Origin: an uncultured Thermoleophilia bacterium
Lineage (GTDB): Bacteria; Actinomycetota; Thermoleophilia; UBA2241
Assembly (NCBI GenBank): GCA_963715985.1
Contig: CAVQSP010000010.1
Span: forward strand, 64,001-128,000
DNA length: 64,000 nt
Direction: 5' to 3'
Under the pieces are notes generated by a model. It did not search any database, was not told the origin of the DNA, and worked only from the letters and a program-made list of their open reading frames with translations. The translations under genes were made by a program, and so were the position numbers. How positions within the stretch are numbered: position 1 is the first letter of the stretch; each line of letters begins with the position of its first letter. Shown in pieces: positions 50,278-59,901 of this stretch.

Positions 50278-51029
50278 GCGTCGAGCTTGACCTGACGGGC
50301 AGCGTGGCGCTGGTCACCGGCGCGGGCCGTGGCATCGGCCGCGCCATCGCACTCAGCCTGGCAGCCGCCGGCGCCGACGTGGCCGTCAACGACTTCGCCG
50401 ACGAGGCGGCCTGTGAGGCCGTGGTCGCCGAGGTCGAGGCGCTCGGTCGCAAGGGCCTCGTCGTCATGGCCGATGTGGCCGACGAGGAGCAGGTCGGCGC
50501 CATGGTCGAGCGCGCCGAGAGCGACCTCGGCCCGCTCTCCATCGTGGTCAACAACGCCGGCATCACGCGCGACAACGTGGTCATGCTGATGGACCCCGGC
50601 GACTTCGACAGCGTCGTGGCCACGCACCTGCGCGGCACCTTCCTCGTCAGCAAGGCGGCGGCGCGCAAGATGTTCCGCCGCCGCGCGGGCTGTATCATCA
50701 ACCTCTCCAGCGTGGTCGGGCGCCGCGGCAACGCGGGGCAGGCCAACTACGCGGCGGCCAAGGCGGGCGTCATCGGCCTCACCAAATCGCTGGCCAAAGA
50801 GCTCGGCGCCCGCGGCGTGCGCGTCAACGCCATCGCGCCCGGCTACATCGACACACCCATGACACAGGCCCTGCCCGAGGAGACACGCAGACTCATCGTG
50901 GACGCCACACCGCTCAAGCAGATCGGCAGCGCCGACGACGTGGCCGGCGCGGTGGTCTATCTGGCTTCCCCGCAGGCGCGCTTCATCACCGGCGTCACGC
51001 TGCCGGTGGATGGCGGGCTGGGCATCTGA
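50274..51029 (+). CDS. fabG: 3-oxoacyl-ACP reductase
   Basis: TGAGRGIG, NNAGITRD, GNAGQANYAAAK. Confidence 0.95.
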   Translation: MSVELDLTGSVALVTGAGRGIGRAIALSLAAAGADVAVNDFADEAACEAVVAEVEALGRKGLVVMADVADEEQVGAMVERAESDLGPLSIVVNNAGITRDNVVMLMDPGDFDSVVATHLRGTFLVSKAAARKMFRRRAGCIINLSSVVGRRGNAGQANYAAAKAGVIGLTKSLAKELGARGVRVNAIAPGYIDTPMTQALPEETRRLIVDATPLKQIGSADDVAGAVVYLASPQARFITGVTLPVDGGLGI

Positions 51030-51054
51030 CGGCGGGGACGCGGACGGTACCTGA

Positions 51055-52299
51055 ATGACAGCAACGCGCAGAGTGGTGGTCACCGGCCTGGGGGTCATCT
51101 CCCCGCTGGGCAACGACGTGGACACGTTCTGGCGGCGGTTGGTGGCCGGCGAGTCCGGCGTGGCGGAGATCACCCGCTTCGACACCTCGGACCAGAAGGT
51201 CCACATCGCCGGCGAGGTCAAGGACTTCGACCCGGAGCAGTACATCGAGAAGCGCACCGTGCGGCGCCTGGACCTCTTCTCGCGCTACGCGGTAGCGGCC
51301 GCAAAGACCGCGGCCGCCGACGCCGACTTCGACCCGCGCGCCGAAGAAGAGCGCGTGGGCGCGGTCATCGGTAGCGGGGTGGGCGGCCTGCAGACGCTGC
51401 AGAGCGAGGTCGAGAAGCTCATCGAGAAGGGCCCGGACCGGGTCAACCCGCTGCTGGTGCCGATGATGATCCCCAACATGGGGGCGGCGCACGTCTCGCT
51501 GGAGCTGGGCACCAAGGGTCCTCTCAGCGCCACCTGTACCGCCTGCGCCGCCGGCTCGGACGCCATCGGGTACGCGTCGCGCATCATCCGTGCGGGCAAC
51601 GCCGAGGTGATGTTCGCCGGCGGCAGCGAGGCACCCATCAGCCCCGTGGGCGTGGGCGGCTTCGCCGCCGCGCGCGCCCTGAGCCTGCGCAACGACGACC
51701 CGGCCGGCGCGTCGCGCCCGTTCGACGCCGGCCGCGACGGCTTCGTGATCGGCGAGGGCGCCGGCTGCCTCGTGCTCGAGGAGCTCGAGCACGCACGCGC
51801 CCGCGGCGCCCGCATCTACGCCGAGCTTGCCGGTGCCGGCATGAGCTCCGACGCCTTCCACATGACGCTGCCCGACGAGAGCGGCGAGTCGCAGGCGCGC
51901 GCCATCCTCTCGGCGCTTGAAGAGGCCGAGATCGATCCTTCGGCCGTGGACTACATCAACGCTCACGGCACGGCCACTGCGGCCGGCGACATCGCCGAGA
52001 CCCGGGCCATCAAGCAGGCCCTGGGCGACCACGCCTACGACGTGCCGATCTCGTCCAACAAGTCCATGATCGGCCACTGCCTGGGCGCCGCCGGCGCCAT
52101 CGAAGCGGTGGCCACCGTCCTCACCATCGTCAACAGTCTGATCCCGCCGACGATCAACCTCACCGATCCGGACCCCGAGTGCGATCTCGACTACGTGCCT
52201 CTGGTGTCGCGGTTCGGGCGGGTCGACGTGGCCGCCAGCAACAGCTTCGGCTTCGGCGGCCACAACGTCGCCCTGGTCTTCAGCCGTCTCGACGGCTGA
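51055..52299 (+). CDS. fabF: Beta-ketoacyl-ACP synthase II
   Basis: RVVVTGLG, TACAAG, NAHGTAT, KSMIGH, SNSFGFGGHN. Confidence 0.95.
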   Translation: MTATRRVVVTGLGVISPLGNDVDTFWRRLVAGESGVAEITRFDTSDQKVHIAGEVKDFDPEQYIEKRTVRRLDLFSRYAVAAAKTAAADADFDPRAEEERVGAVIGSGVGGLQTLQSEVEKLIEKGPDRVNPLLVPMMIPNMGAAHVSLELGTKGPLSATCTACAAGSDAIGYASRIIRAGNAEVMFAGGSEAPISPVGVGGFAAARALSLRNDDPAGASRPFDAGRDGFVIGEGAGCLVLEELEHARARGARIYAELAGAGMSSDAFHMTLPDESGESQARAILSALEEAEIDPSAVDYINAHGTATAAGDIAETRAIKQALGDHAYDVPISSNKSMIGHCLGAAGAIEAVATVLTIVNSLIPPTINLTDPDPECDLDYVPLVSRFGRVDVAASNSFGFGGHNVALVFSRLDG

Positions 52300-52344
52300 G
52301 GCGGGGTCGTTGGGCTGGCTCGCGCGCGGGGCGGAGTCGACATC

Positions 52345-53346
52345 GTGAACGTCACCGTCGAGATAGAGCGTCGCGACAACGGTCGCTCCAAGCCCGAGTG
52401 GGTGTGCCCCTCCTGCAAGCGGGAGGCGCCCCTCGCGGACGTGCGCGCCAACCTCATGGTGTGCCCGCTCTGCGGCTTCCACCTGCGCCTGGGCGCGCGC
52501 GAGCGCATCGCGCAGCTGGTGGACGAAGGCACGTTCCGCGAGCTGTGGGGCGGCGTGCTCGCCCGCGACCCGCTCAAGTTCGTCGACCTCGAGACGTACC
52601 CCGAGCGCATGCGCGAGGCGCAAGCCAAGACGGGCCTCAACGAGGCCATCGTGGCCGGTACCGCCGCGCTCGACGGCATCTCCTGTGTGATCGCGGTCAT
52701 GGACTTCGGCTTTCTCGGCGGCAGCATGGGCAGCGTGGTCGGCGAGAAGCTCTGGCGCAGCGCGGAGCTGGCGGCCAGCGACGACCTCCCGCTCGTCGCC
52801 GTCTGCAGTTCGGGCGGCGCGCGTATGCAGGAGGGCATCCTGAGCCTCATGCAGATGGCCAAGACCGCCTGCGCCGTGGACCTCATCAACGAGGCCACGT
52901 CGCCGTTCGTCACGATCCTCGCGGACCCGTGCACGGGCGGCGTGGTGGCCAGCTTCGCCACGTTGGCCGACATCTGCATCGCCGAGCCGGGCGCGCGGCT
53001 GTACTTCACCGGCCCGCGCGTCATCGCCGAGACCACGCACGAGGCGCTGCCCGAGGGCTTCGGCAGCGCCGAGCGCAACCTCGAGCTCGGTCATCTGGAC
53101 GCCGTCGTGGCGCGCAAGGACCTGCGCGTCAGGGTCGGCAACTACCTGCGACTGCTGGGGGGAGGTGAGGAACCTGAACGAGCCACCACAGCCACCGGAC
53201 GAACGCGAGGCAAGGGTGGGCTGGCTGCGAGCACGTTTGAGCGAGTTAAAGCTCTTGCAGCGTATGCCCGGCGTCAACCTGTCGGAGGAGATCGACAAGC
53301 TCCAGACGAGGCTGAAGAGCCTCCAGCACGAGAGCCGTCGCAATGA
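52345..53346 (+). CDS. accD: Acetyl-CoA carboxylase carboxyltransferase beta (true end probably near 53168)
   Basis: CxxC...CxxC zinc ribbon, GGSMGSVVGEK, SGGARMQEG. Confidence 0.92.
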   Translation: MNVTVEIERRDNGRSKPEWVCPSCKREAPLADVRANLMVCPLCGFHLRLGARERIAQLVDEGTFRELWGGVLARDPLKFVDLETYPERMREAQAKTGLNEAIVAGTAALDGISCVIAVMDFGFLGGSMGSVVGEKLWRSAELAASDDLPLVAVCSSGGARMQEGILSLMQMAKTACAVDLINEATSPFVTILADPCTGGVVASFATLADICIAEPGARLYFTGPRVIAETTHEALPEGFGSAERNLELGHLDAVVARKDLRVRVGNYLRLLGGGEEPERATTATGRTRGKGGLAASTFERVKALAAYARRQPVGGDRQAPDEAEEPPAREPSQ

Positions 53347-54187
53347 CGCCTGGGTGACCGTCGAGATCGCACGGCACAAGGACAGGCCGCGCACGCGCGA
53401 CTACATCGGGTACCTCATCGAGGGCTTCGAGGAGCTTCGCGGCGACCGCCTGCGCGCCGACGACCCCGCCATCGTGGGCGGGCTCGGCTGGTTCGAGGGC
53501 CGCGCCGTGCTCGTGGTCGGCCACCAGAAGGGCCGGACGCTGGACGAGCAGGAGCACCACAGCTGGGGCATGGCCAAGCCTGAGGGCTACCGCAAGGCCC
53601 AGCGGCTGTTCGCGCTCGCCGAACGCCACTTCCTGCCGGTGCTCACGTTCGTGGACACGCCGGGCGCGTACCCGGGCGTGGCCGCGGAAGAGGGCGGCCA
53701 GGCGCGCGCCATCGCGGAGACCATGCTCAAGATGGCGCGCCTCACGGTGCCCGTCGTGGCCACTGTGATCGGCGAGGGCGGCTCCGGCGGCGCCCTGGCG
53801 CTGGCCGTCGCCGACCGTGTGCTCATGCAGGAGAACGCCACATACTCGGTCATCACGCCCGAGGGGTGCGCCGCCATCCTGTGGCGGGACGCGGCCTTCG
53901 CGCCACAGGCCGCGGAATCGCTCAAGCCGACGGCCTCGCAACTGCTGGAGCTCGGCGTGGTGGAGAAGGTCATCGCCGAGCCGCGCGGCGGCGCTCACCA
54001 CAATCCCGAGGCCGCTGCGGCCACGGTGGGCGAGGCCATCACGGCGGCGCTCGAGGAGCTCGCGCCGATCCCGCCGGAGCAGCGCCGCCGCATGCGCCGG
54101 CGCCGCTTCCAGGGCCTCGGCGACTGGGCCGACCCCGAGATGTCGCCGGGCGCCTTCTCCCTCTTCGGGGGCTACGCCGCGCCCTGA
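53165..54187 (+). CDS. accA: Acetyl-CoA carboxylase carboxyltransferase alpha
   Basis: ARH.DRP, PEGYRKA.R, DTPGAYPG, GEGGSGGAL, YSVITPEGCAAILW. Confidence 0.93.
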   Translation: MRNLNEPPQPPDEREARVGWLRARLSELKLLQRMPGVNLSEEIDKLQTRLKSLQHESRRNDAWVTVEIARHKDRPRTRDYIGYLIEGFEELRGDRLRADDPAIVGGLGWFEGRAVLVVGHQKGRTLDEQEHHSWGMAKPEGYRKAQRLFALAERHFLPVLTFVDTPGAYPGVAAEEGGQARAIAETMLKMARLTVPVVATVIGEGGSGGALALAVADRVLMQENATYSVITPEGCAAILWRDAAFAPQAAESLKPTASQLLELGVVEKVIAEPRGGAHHNPEAAAATVGEAITAALEELAPIPPEQRRRMRRRRFQGLGDWADPEMSPGAFSLFGGYAAP

Positions 54188-54331
54188 CGGGCGCCGCCCG
54201 CCCCGCCCCTACCGTCCGCGCGGGCCCGGTGCGCGGCGATCCTCTGCGGCGGCCGGTGCGTCACCTCTGTATCCCCGTCCGCCTACGGCACACCGGCGTC
54301 GACCGCCGGACCGCCGGGTACCTGTAGAGAC

Positions 54332-55240
54332 ATGCCGCCCGTAATCGTCGCCGAGCACCTCCAGAAGCGCTACAAGGACTTCGTCGCGGTCGCCGACGCC
54401 AGCCTCGAGGTCGAGGAGGGTGAGATCTTCGGCCTGCTCGGCTCCAACGGCGCCGGCAAGACCACCACCGTCGAATGTCTGCAAGGCCTGCGCAAAGCCG
54501 ACGGAGGGCGGCTGCGCGTTCTCGGACTGGATCCACTCACCGAGGCCCGCGAGCTGCGCCGCCGCATCGGCTCGCAGCTCCAGAGCTCCGCGCTGCCCGA
54601 CCACGTGCGCGTGTGGGAGGCGTTGGACCTCTTCTCTGCGATCCTCCCCGGCGGCCAGGACTGGCGCGAGGTCATGGAGCAGTGGGGCCTGGCCGACAAG
54701 CGCAAGGCGTCCTTTCACGCTCTCTCCGGCGGGCAGCGCCAGCGGCTGTTCATCGCCCTGGCGCTGGTCAACGGTCCGGAGCTCGTCTTTCTCGACGAGA
54801 TGACGACCGGGCTGGACCCGGCGGCGCGCCGCGTGGCCTGGGAGCTGGTGCGCGAGGTGCGCGACAGGGGGACCACCGTGGTCCTCGTGACCCACTTCAT
54901 GGAGGAGGCCGAGCGCCTCTGCGACCGCATCGCCGTGATGGACGCCGGGCGCATCGTGGCTGAGGGCACACCGGCCCAGCTCACGGCGCAGCACGCCCAG
55001 TACTTGACCGTGGTGTTCTCCACGGACGCGGCGGACGTCGGCTGGCTCGCGGACGTGCCGCACGTCGACAGGGTGGTGCGGCACGGGGCGCGGGTAGAGG
55101 TGCGCGGCACGGGCCCGGTGCTGGCGCACGCCGCCGCCGCCCTCGTCGCTCACGGCATCACGCCGCCCGACCTGCACGTGGAGCTGCCCACGCTCGAGGA
55201 CGTCTTCCTCTCGCTCACCGGCCACGCCATGGAGGAGTGA
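54332..55240 (+). CDS. ABC transporter ATP-binding protein (DrrA-like)
   Basis: GSNGAGKTT, LSGGQRQR, FLDEMTTGLD. Confidence 0.95.
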   Translation: MPPVIVAEHLQKRYKDFVAVADASLEVEEGEIFGLLGSNGAGKTTTVECLQGLRKADGGRLRVLGLDPLTEARELRRRIGSQLQSSALPDHVRVWEALDLFSAILPGGQDWREVMEQWGLADKRKASFHALSGGQRQRLFIALALVNGPELVFLDEMTTGLDPAARRVAWELVREVRDRGTTVVLVTHFMEEAERLCDRIAVMDAGRIVAEGTPAQLTAQHAQYLTVVFSTDAADVGWLADVPHVDRVVRHGARVEVRGTGPVLAHAAAALVAHGITPPDLHVELPTLEDVFLSLTGHAMEE

Positions 55241-55986
55241 GCGTGAAGGTCCTGCTCAAACTGGCGTGGCTGGAGATCAAGCTGCTGGCGCGCGAGCCAC
55301 TCACCCTGATGTTCTCGTTCCTCTTCCCCATCCTCGTGCTGGTGCTGCTGGGGGGGATCTTCGGCAACGAGCGCATGGATCACGGCGCCTTTGCCGGCAT
55401 CAAGATGGTGGAATGGTACGTGCCCAGCTACATCGCTCTGGTGGTCGCGTCGATCGGCACGATCTCCCTGCCGGTGCACCTCTCCTCGTACCGGGAGCGC
55501 GGGGTGCTGCGCCGCTTTCGCGCCAGCGGCGTGTCGGAGGCGGCGCTGCTCGGCTCGCAGCTCCTCGTCAGCCTCGGGGTGGCGTTCATCGGCGCCCTCA
55601 TCATCACCGTCCTCGGCATGCTGGCGTACGGCACCGCGGTACCGTCGTCGCCGGGAGCGGTCGGCCTCGCCTACGTGGTCGGCGTGTTCTGCTTCTCGGC
55701 CATCGGCGTGTTGCTCGCCTCGCTGGCGCCGACCGCCCGCGCCGCGCAGTCGATCGGCATGCTCCTGTGGTTCATCATGCTGTTCGTCTCGGGCACGTCG
55801 GCGCCGCTCGACCGGTTGCCCCCGTGGATGCTCACGATCGGCAAGGCGCTGCCCCTCTATCATGTCGTGCTGACGCTGGTGGACCCGTGGATCGGGCGGG
55901 GGTCGAACTGGGCTCAGCTGGGCATCGTGGCGGCCATCGGGGCCGTGGCGGCGCTGGTGAGCCTGCGCCTCTTCCGCTGGGAGTAG
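55237..55986 (+). CDS. ABC-2 permease
   Basis: Six TMs, YRERGVLRRF, LFRWE end. Confidence 0.92.
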   Translation: MSVKVLLKLAWLEIKLLAREPLTLMFSFLFPILVLVLLGGIFGNERMDHGAFAGIKMVEWYVPSYIALVVASIGTISLPVHLSSYRERGVLRRFRASGVSEAALLGSQLLVSLGVAFIGALIITVLGMLAYGTAVPSSPGAVGLAYVVGVFCFSAIGVLLASLAPTARAAQSIGMLLWFIMLFVSGTSAPLDRLPPWMLTIGKALPLYHVVLTLVDPWIGRGSNWAQLGIVAAIGAVAALVSLRLFRWE

Positions 55987-56009
55987 GCCGGCCGAAAGCG
56001 CTTGCGGGC

Positions 56010-56645
56010 TCAGAGCTCCTTGAGCACGGCGCCGAGGCGCTTCTTGACGCCGTGCTGGATGTTGCGCAGCCCGGGCGTGCCGAACAGCCAGATCTGGGCG
56101 ACCGGATCGGCGCCGGCGATCACGCTGCCGCCACCCTCGGCGGGGACCACGGCGATCGGCAGCAGCATGGCCGTGGGCGCCCTTGGGTCCAGCTCGAAGG
56201 CCTTGGCCGCGGCCACCGGCACCGCGACCTGCAGGAGCACGTACTCCTCAGGGAGGCGCTCGTCGATCTCGGGCCCCCTCGTCTGGGCGACGATCGTGAA
56301 GTCGTTGGCCTCGAGGAGCTCGATGAGGCGTGCCAAGGCTGCGCGCGGAGGGACCGAGAGCGTGTGAGAGGTCCGCCAGGCGCCTCTTCTGGCGTGTTCG
56401 GCGGCGTCTTCCGGCACTGGGTACGTCGCGCGGAGGTACTCCATGATCTCCTCCGAGCTCGTGAAGACCTTGTCGCCGTCCTGCAGCATGGGGACGCTGC
56501 TCTGGCCGGAGACGGCGACGACCTCGGGGCGCTTCTCCTTGTCGGCCGAGACGCTCGCGCTGACGTAGGTCAGCTCCAGCTCCGTCATGACCTGCCGCAC
56601 GCGGTGGCAGTCGGGGCACCATTCGAGTTGGTAGAACGTGATCAT
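56010..56645 (-). CDS. Glutaredoxin / DUF302 fusion protein
   Basis: WCPDC, SGQSSVP N-terminal domain; C-terminal LEANDFTI...LLPIAV..DP resembles DUF302. Confidence 0.7.
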   Translation of the reverse strand: MITFYQLEWCPDCHRVRQVMTELELTYVSASVSADKEKRPEVVAVSGQSSVPMLQDGDKVFTSSEEIMEYLRATYPVPEDAAEHARRGAWRTSHTLSVPPRAALARLIELLEANDFTIVAQTRGPEIDERLPEEYVLLQVAVPVAAAKAFELDPRAPTAMLLPIAVVPAEGGGSVIAGADPVAQIWLFGTPGLRNIQHGVKKRLGAVLKEL

Positions 56646-56699
56646 CTGACCTCCGTCAGTGGTGGTTGCGAAGAGCGTGACTGTCGTGCGGGCGCCGGC

Positions 56700-58628
56700 T
56701 CAAGCCAGCGGGCGCCCGAGCGCGGCCGGGTCAGTCACCGGCGCGAGGCACGTGGTGCCGCGGCACACGTAGGCGGCGAGGCCGGGCGGCCCGCCGGCAG
56801 GGCCGGTGATACTGAGAGCCTCGAGGCGGGATGCGTCCGCGGCGTCACCGGGGTCGAGGAGTTGCACAGTGCGCAACGGCCGCGCCGCGGCGAGCGCCGC
56901 GGCGTGCAGGCGCCGGGCGGCAGGGTCGTCGCGGGCGCCGGCTACGACGATGTGGTCGGGCCGGTCGATGTACCGCAGGAGCGCCCTGCCGTAGGCGGCG
57001 GCGGCGACCCCGTACTGCTCGTGGGACGAGACCCAGCCCATCAGGATCTCGAGGGCAGCGTCACGCCACTTGGCTTCGCCGGTGTACGCCTCGAGGCGCA
57101 TGAGGACGTCGGCCATCAGCGCGTTCTCGTCCAGCACCGGTAGCGGTCGGCCCAGCAGGCCGGCGCTGTCGCCGGCCGTCGGGAGGCGGTCGTGCAGGCG
57201 GCCGTCGGGGGCGCGGAGGTGCTCGCCGGCCCAGCCGGCGAGCTCAGCCGCGCCCTCCAGCCACCGCCGCTCGGCGGTGACTTCGTAGGCGTCGAGGAGC
57301 GCGGCCGCGAGCGACGCCTGGTCGGCCAGCAGCGGCGACCCGGGCGCGGGCTGTCCTTCGGCCGTGAGGTAGTGCGCCGCCGCGCCGCCGCGCCGACCGG
57401 TCTCCCAGAGGCGCGCGAGCGCGGCGATCGCAGCATCGCCCAGGTCCTGACGCTGCAGCAGCACGGCGCCGCGCAGCAAGGCCCGCACGGCCAGCGCGTT
57501 CCAGTCGACGATGACTGTGGGATCCACGTACGGCTCCGGCAGTCCGGAGCGTCCCTCGGCGTCCAGAAGATAGTAGCTCTCGTCAGCGTCCTGGCTGCCG
57601 CCGAAGGCCGGCGGGTCGGCCTGCCAGAGGGTGGCGAGGAGGTAGTCGAGCGTGCCGCCGGCCGCGTCTCGGTACAGCACCATCGACCCGAGGCCGGCCG
57701 GCGAGTCGTCGCCGTGTTCGCGCGCCAGGACGGCGGCGTCGAGGTACAGGACTGCGAGCCGCGCGTTGTCCTCCAGCATCTTCTCGTAGTGGGGCACGGA
57801 CCAGTCGCGCCGTGTGGCGTAGCGGAAGAAGCCGCCGGCGACGCCGTCGTAGATGTCGCCGCGGGCCATGCCCTGCAGCGTGGTGCGCACCACTTCGTGC
57901 ACGCGCCCGGCGCTGAGCAGGCCGCTCGTGTGCGGCGCCACGTGCGCGGGTGCGCCGGCGCCGCGCATCTCCGCGTAGGCCAAGGCGAACTCGAACACGT
58001 CCGCCTGCGGGAACTTGGGGTCCGCGCCCAGGCCGCCGTGCACGGGGTCGAAGGAGCGCACCACCTCCAGCGCGATCTCGGCTGGGATGTCGCCGGGCAC
58101 GTCCGGGTCGCCTTCGAAATCGGGCGCCGGCCCGTCGCTGCGGAACGGCGTGGAGCCCAGGTACGCGCGCGCCGCGTCGGCGTCGGCGGCGCGCGCGTGC
58201 TCGGCGGTCTCCAGGGCCAGCAGCGCCACGCGGTTGGCGGCGAAGAAGTCGGTGACTCGCGTCAGGCTCTGCAGCATCTGGTCGGGCGGGATGTACGTGC
58301 CGCCGGTGATCGTGTCGCCGTTGGCGGCCAGGAACGCGGTGGTGGGCCAGCCGCCCATGTTGTACCGGCGGTTCACGTCGGGATGCCGGTCGTTGTCCAC
58401 ACGCACCGGCACGAACCCCTGGTTGATGGCGGTGATGACGCGCTCATCGGAGTAGCTGGTCTCGTCCATGACGTGGCACCAGTGGCACCACACCGCGGAG
58501 AGCGAGAGCAGGATCGGGCGCCCGAGCCGGTGCGCCTCCTTGAAGGCGTCCTCGCTCCAAGGGCGCCAGTGGATCTCGTGGGCCCGGTTGGGGCGCGGCG
58601 AGAAGCGGAAGTCGGTGTCCCCGTCCAT
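56700..58628 (-). CDS. DUF255 thioredoxin-domain protein (YyaL/SPATA20-like)
   Basis: WCHWCHVMD, GGWPTT, PKFP, GGFFRY, PHYEKML.DNA. Confidence 0.92.
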   Translation of the reverse strand: MDGDTDFRFSPRPNRAHEIHWRPWSEDAFKEAHRLGRPILLSLSAVWCHWCHVMDETSYSDERVITAINQGFVPVRVDNDRHPDVNRRYNMGGWPTTAFLAANGDTITGGTYIPPDQMLQSLTRVTDFFAANRVALLALETAEHARAADADAARAYLGSTPFRSDGPAPDFEGDPDVPGDIPAEIALEVVRSFDPVHGGLGADPKFPQADVFEFALAYAEMRGAGAPAHVAPHTSGLLSAGRVHEVVRTTLQGMARGDIYDGVAGGFFRYATRRDWSVPHYEKMLEDNARLAVLYLDAAVLAREHGDDSPAGLGSMVLYRDAAGGTLDYLLATLWQADPPAFGGSQDADESYYLLDAEGRSGLPEPYVDPTVIVDWNALAVRALLRGAVLLQRQDLGDAAIAALARLWETGRRGGAAAHYLTAEGQPAPGSPLLADQASLAAALLDAYEVTAERRWLEGAAELAGWAGEHLRAPDGRLHDRLPTAGDSAGLLGRPLPVLDENALMADVLMRLEAYTGEAKWRDAALEILMGWVSSHEQYGVAAAAYGRALLRYIDRPDHIVVAGARDDPAARRLHAAALAAARPLRTVQLLDPGDAADASRLEALSITGPAGGPPGLAAYVCRGTTCLAPVTDPAALGRPLA

Positions 58629-58763
58629 GGGCCTGACATTCCCACGCGCACGGCAGGTGAATCGTGGAGCTGCGCTGCCGGCCCCACGGCGGGTCGCGTG
58701 TCCGCCTGCGCCGCCGCCTGTAGCGTGCTCGCCCGCGCGGTGGCGCGATACGATGGTCGCGTC

Positions 58764-59828
58764 ATGGACACACCCATCCCTCTCATCGAGCTCGCGGGCA
58801 CGCACCGCGAGATCGGGCGCCAGATCGGCGAGGAGTCGCGAGACGTCATCGCGCGCGCCCTGGCTCGCTACGAGGTCCGGTTCCCGGTGCTCGCCGGCAT
58901 GACCTTCACAGCGGCCGTCGAGGCGGCGCGCCCATACCTGCGGCCGGCCGAGGAGTACCTGCCCGACGCCGTGGACGAGCTGCGCGGTATCGCCGAGGGC
59001 GCCGGCGTGCCGTTCGAGCAGCTCCTCGCCCTGAACTGCAGCGAGGAGACCACGTGCGCGGCCGACTGGGTGTGGCCGCCGGCGGAAGGCCACTGCACCT
59101 CGTTCGCCTTCGTGGCCGGCGGGCGTACCGTGGCCGGCCACAATGAAGACTGGTACCCGGACGACATCGACGCGCTTGTGGTGCGCCGAACGCGGGTGCG
59201 CGGCGGGGCAGAGTACATCTCCGTGGGCCCCGCCTACTACCTGCCGATCACCGGCGTCACGGCCCGCGGCTTCTCGAGCGCGGCCAACACCGTGTACTGC
59301 CGCGACGAGCGCGTGGGCGTGCCCAACAATGTCGTGCTGGCCGGCGTGCTGGAGGCCGGCGGCCTCGACGACGCCGCGGCGCTCATCGCAGGGGCGGAGC
59401 GGGCGCGCGGCTCCAACCACCTCTTCGCCGACGAGACCGGCCGGATCCTGGACGTGGAGACGTCTGCCACCCGCCTGGCGCGCATGGACGGCGGCGCCTG
59501 CTTCGCGCACACCAACCACTACGTGTCGGCCCAGCTTGCGCCGCAGGACGCGAGCCGGTCGGAGGGGTCGCCCAAACGGCTCGCTCGTGCATACGGATTG
59601 CTGGCCGCCGGACTCGACGCCGGCACGGACCCTGTCGACCTGGCGATGTCCGTGCTCAGGGACCACGCCAACGCGCCCGAGTCCATCTGCGGGCACTGGA
59701 ACGACGCCGACCCGGCGCAGGACCAGTCGGTGACCACGGTGAGCATGGTGTGGGAGCCGGCCGAGCGGCGCGTGCGCGTCGCGGCCGGCCAGCCGTGCGA
59801 GCATGAGTACGTGACCTACGAGCTCTGA
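58764..59828 (+). CDS. C45-family Ntn-hydrolase (acyltransferase/peptidase)
   Basis: G.HREIG.QIG, ELRGIAEG, HCTSF (nucleophile Cys), GHNEDW, HTNHY. Confidence 0.88.
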   Translation: MDTPIPLIELAGTHREIGRQIGEESRDVIARALARYEVRFPVLAGMTFTAAVEAARPYLRPAEEYLPDAVDELRGIAEGAGVPFEQLLALNCSEETTCAADWVWPPAEGHCTSFAFVAGGRTVAGHNEDWYPDDIDALVVRRTRVRGGAEYISVGPAYYLPITGVTARGFSSAANTVYCRDERVGVPNNVVLAGVLEAGGLDDAAALIAGAERARGSNHLFADETGRILDVETSATRLARMDGGACFAHTNHYVSAQLAPQDASRSEGSPKRLARAYGLLAAGLDAGTDPVDLAMSVLRDHANAPESICGHWNDADPAQDQSVTTVSMVWEPAERRVRVAAGQPCEHEYVTYEL

Positions 59829-59879
59829 GCGGCGACCCTGCGGCGCGCCGCTCCATGAGCCAGCTGCGTTGCTGTTCGA

Positions 59880-59897
59880 GCGGCGCGACCGCGCCGC
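59880..59897 (-). promoter_or_regulatory. Candidate bacterial SECIS hairpin
   Basis: GCGGCGC-GGUC-GCGCCGC, with the loop starting 21 nt after the UGA at 59913-59911. Confidence 0.55.
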
Positions 59898-59901
59898 AGC
59901 G

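Noticed and set aside
50995-59804. Very long antisense or alternate-frame ORFs (e.g. 50995-53394 minus, the 5' extension of 56700-59804; also 34456-36654 plus)
   Set aside because: These are shadow ORFs expected in high-GC DNA opposite well-supported genes, with no recognisable motifs.
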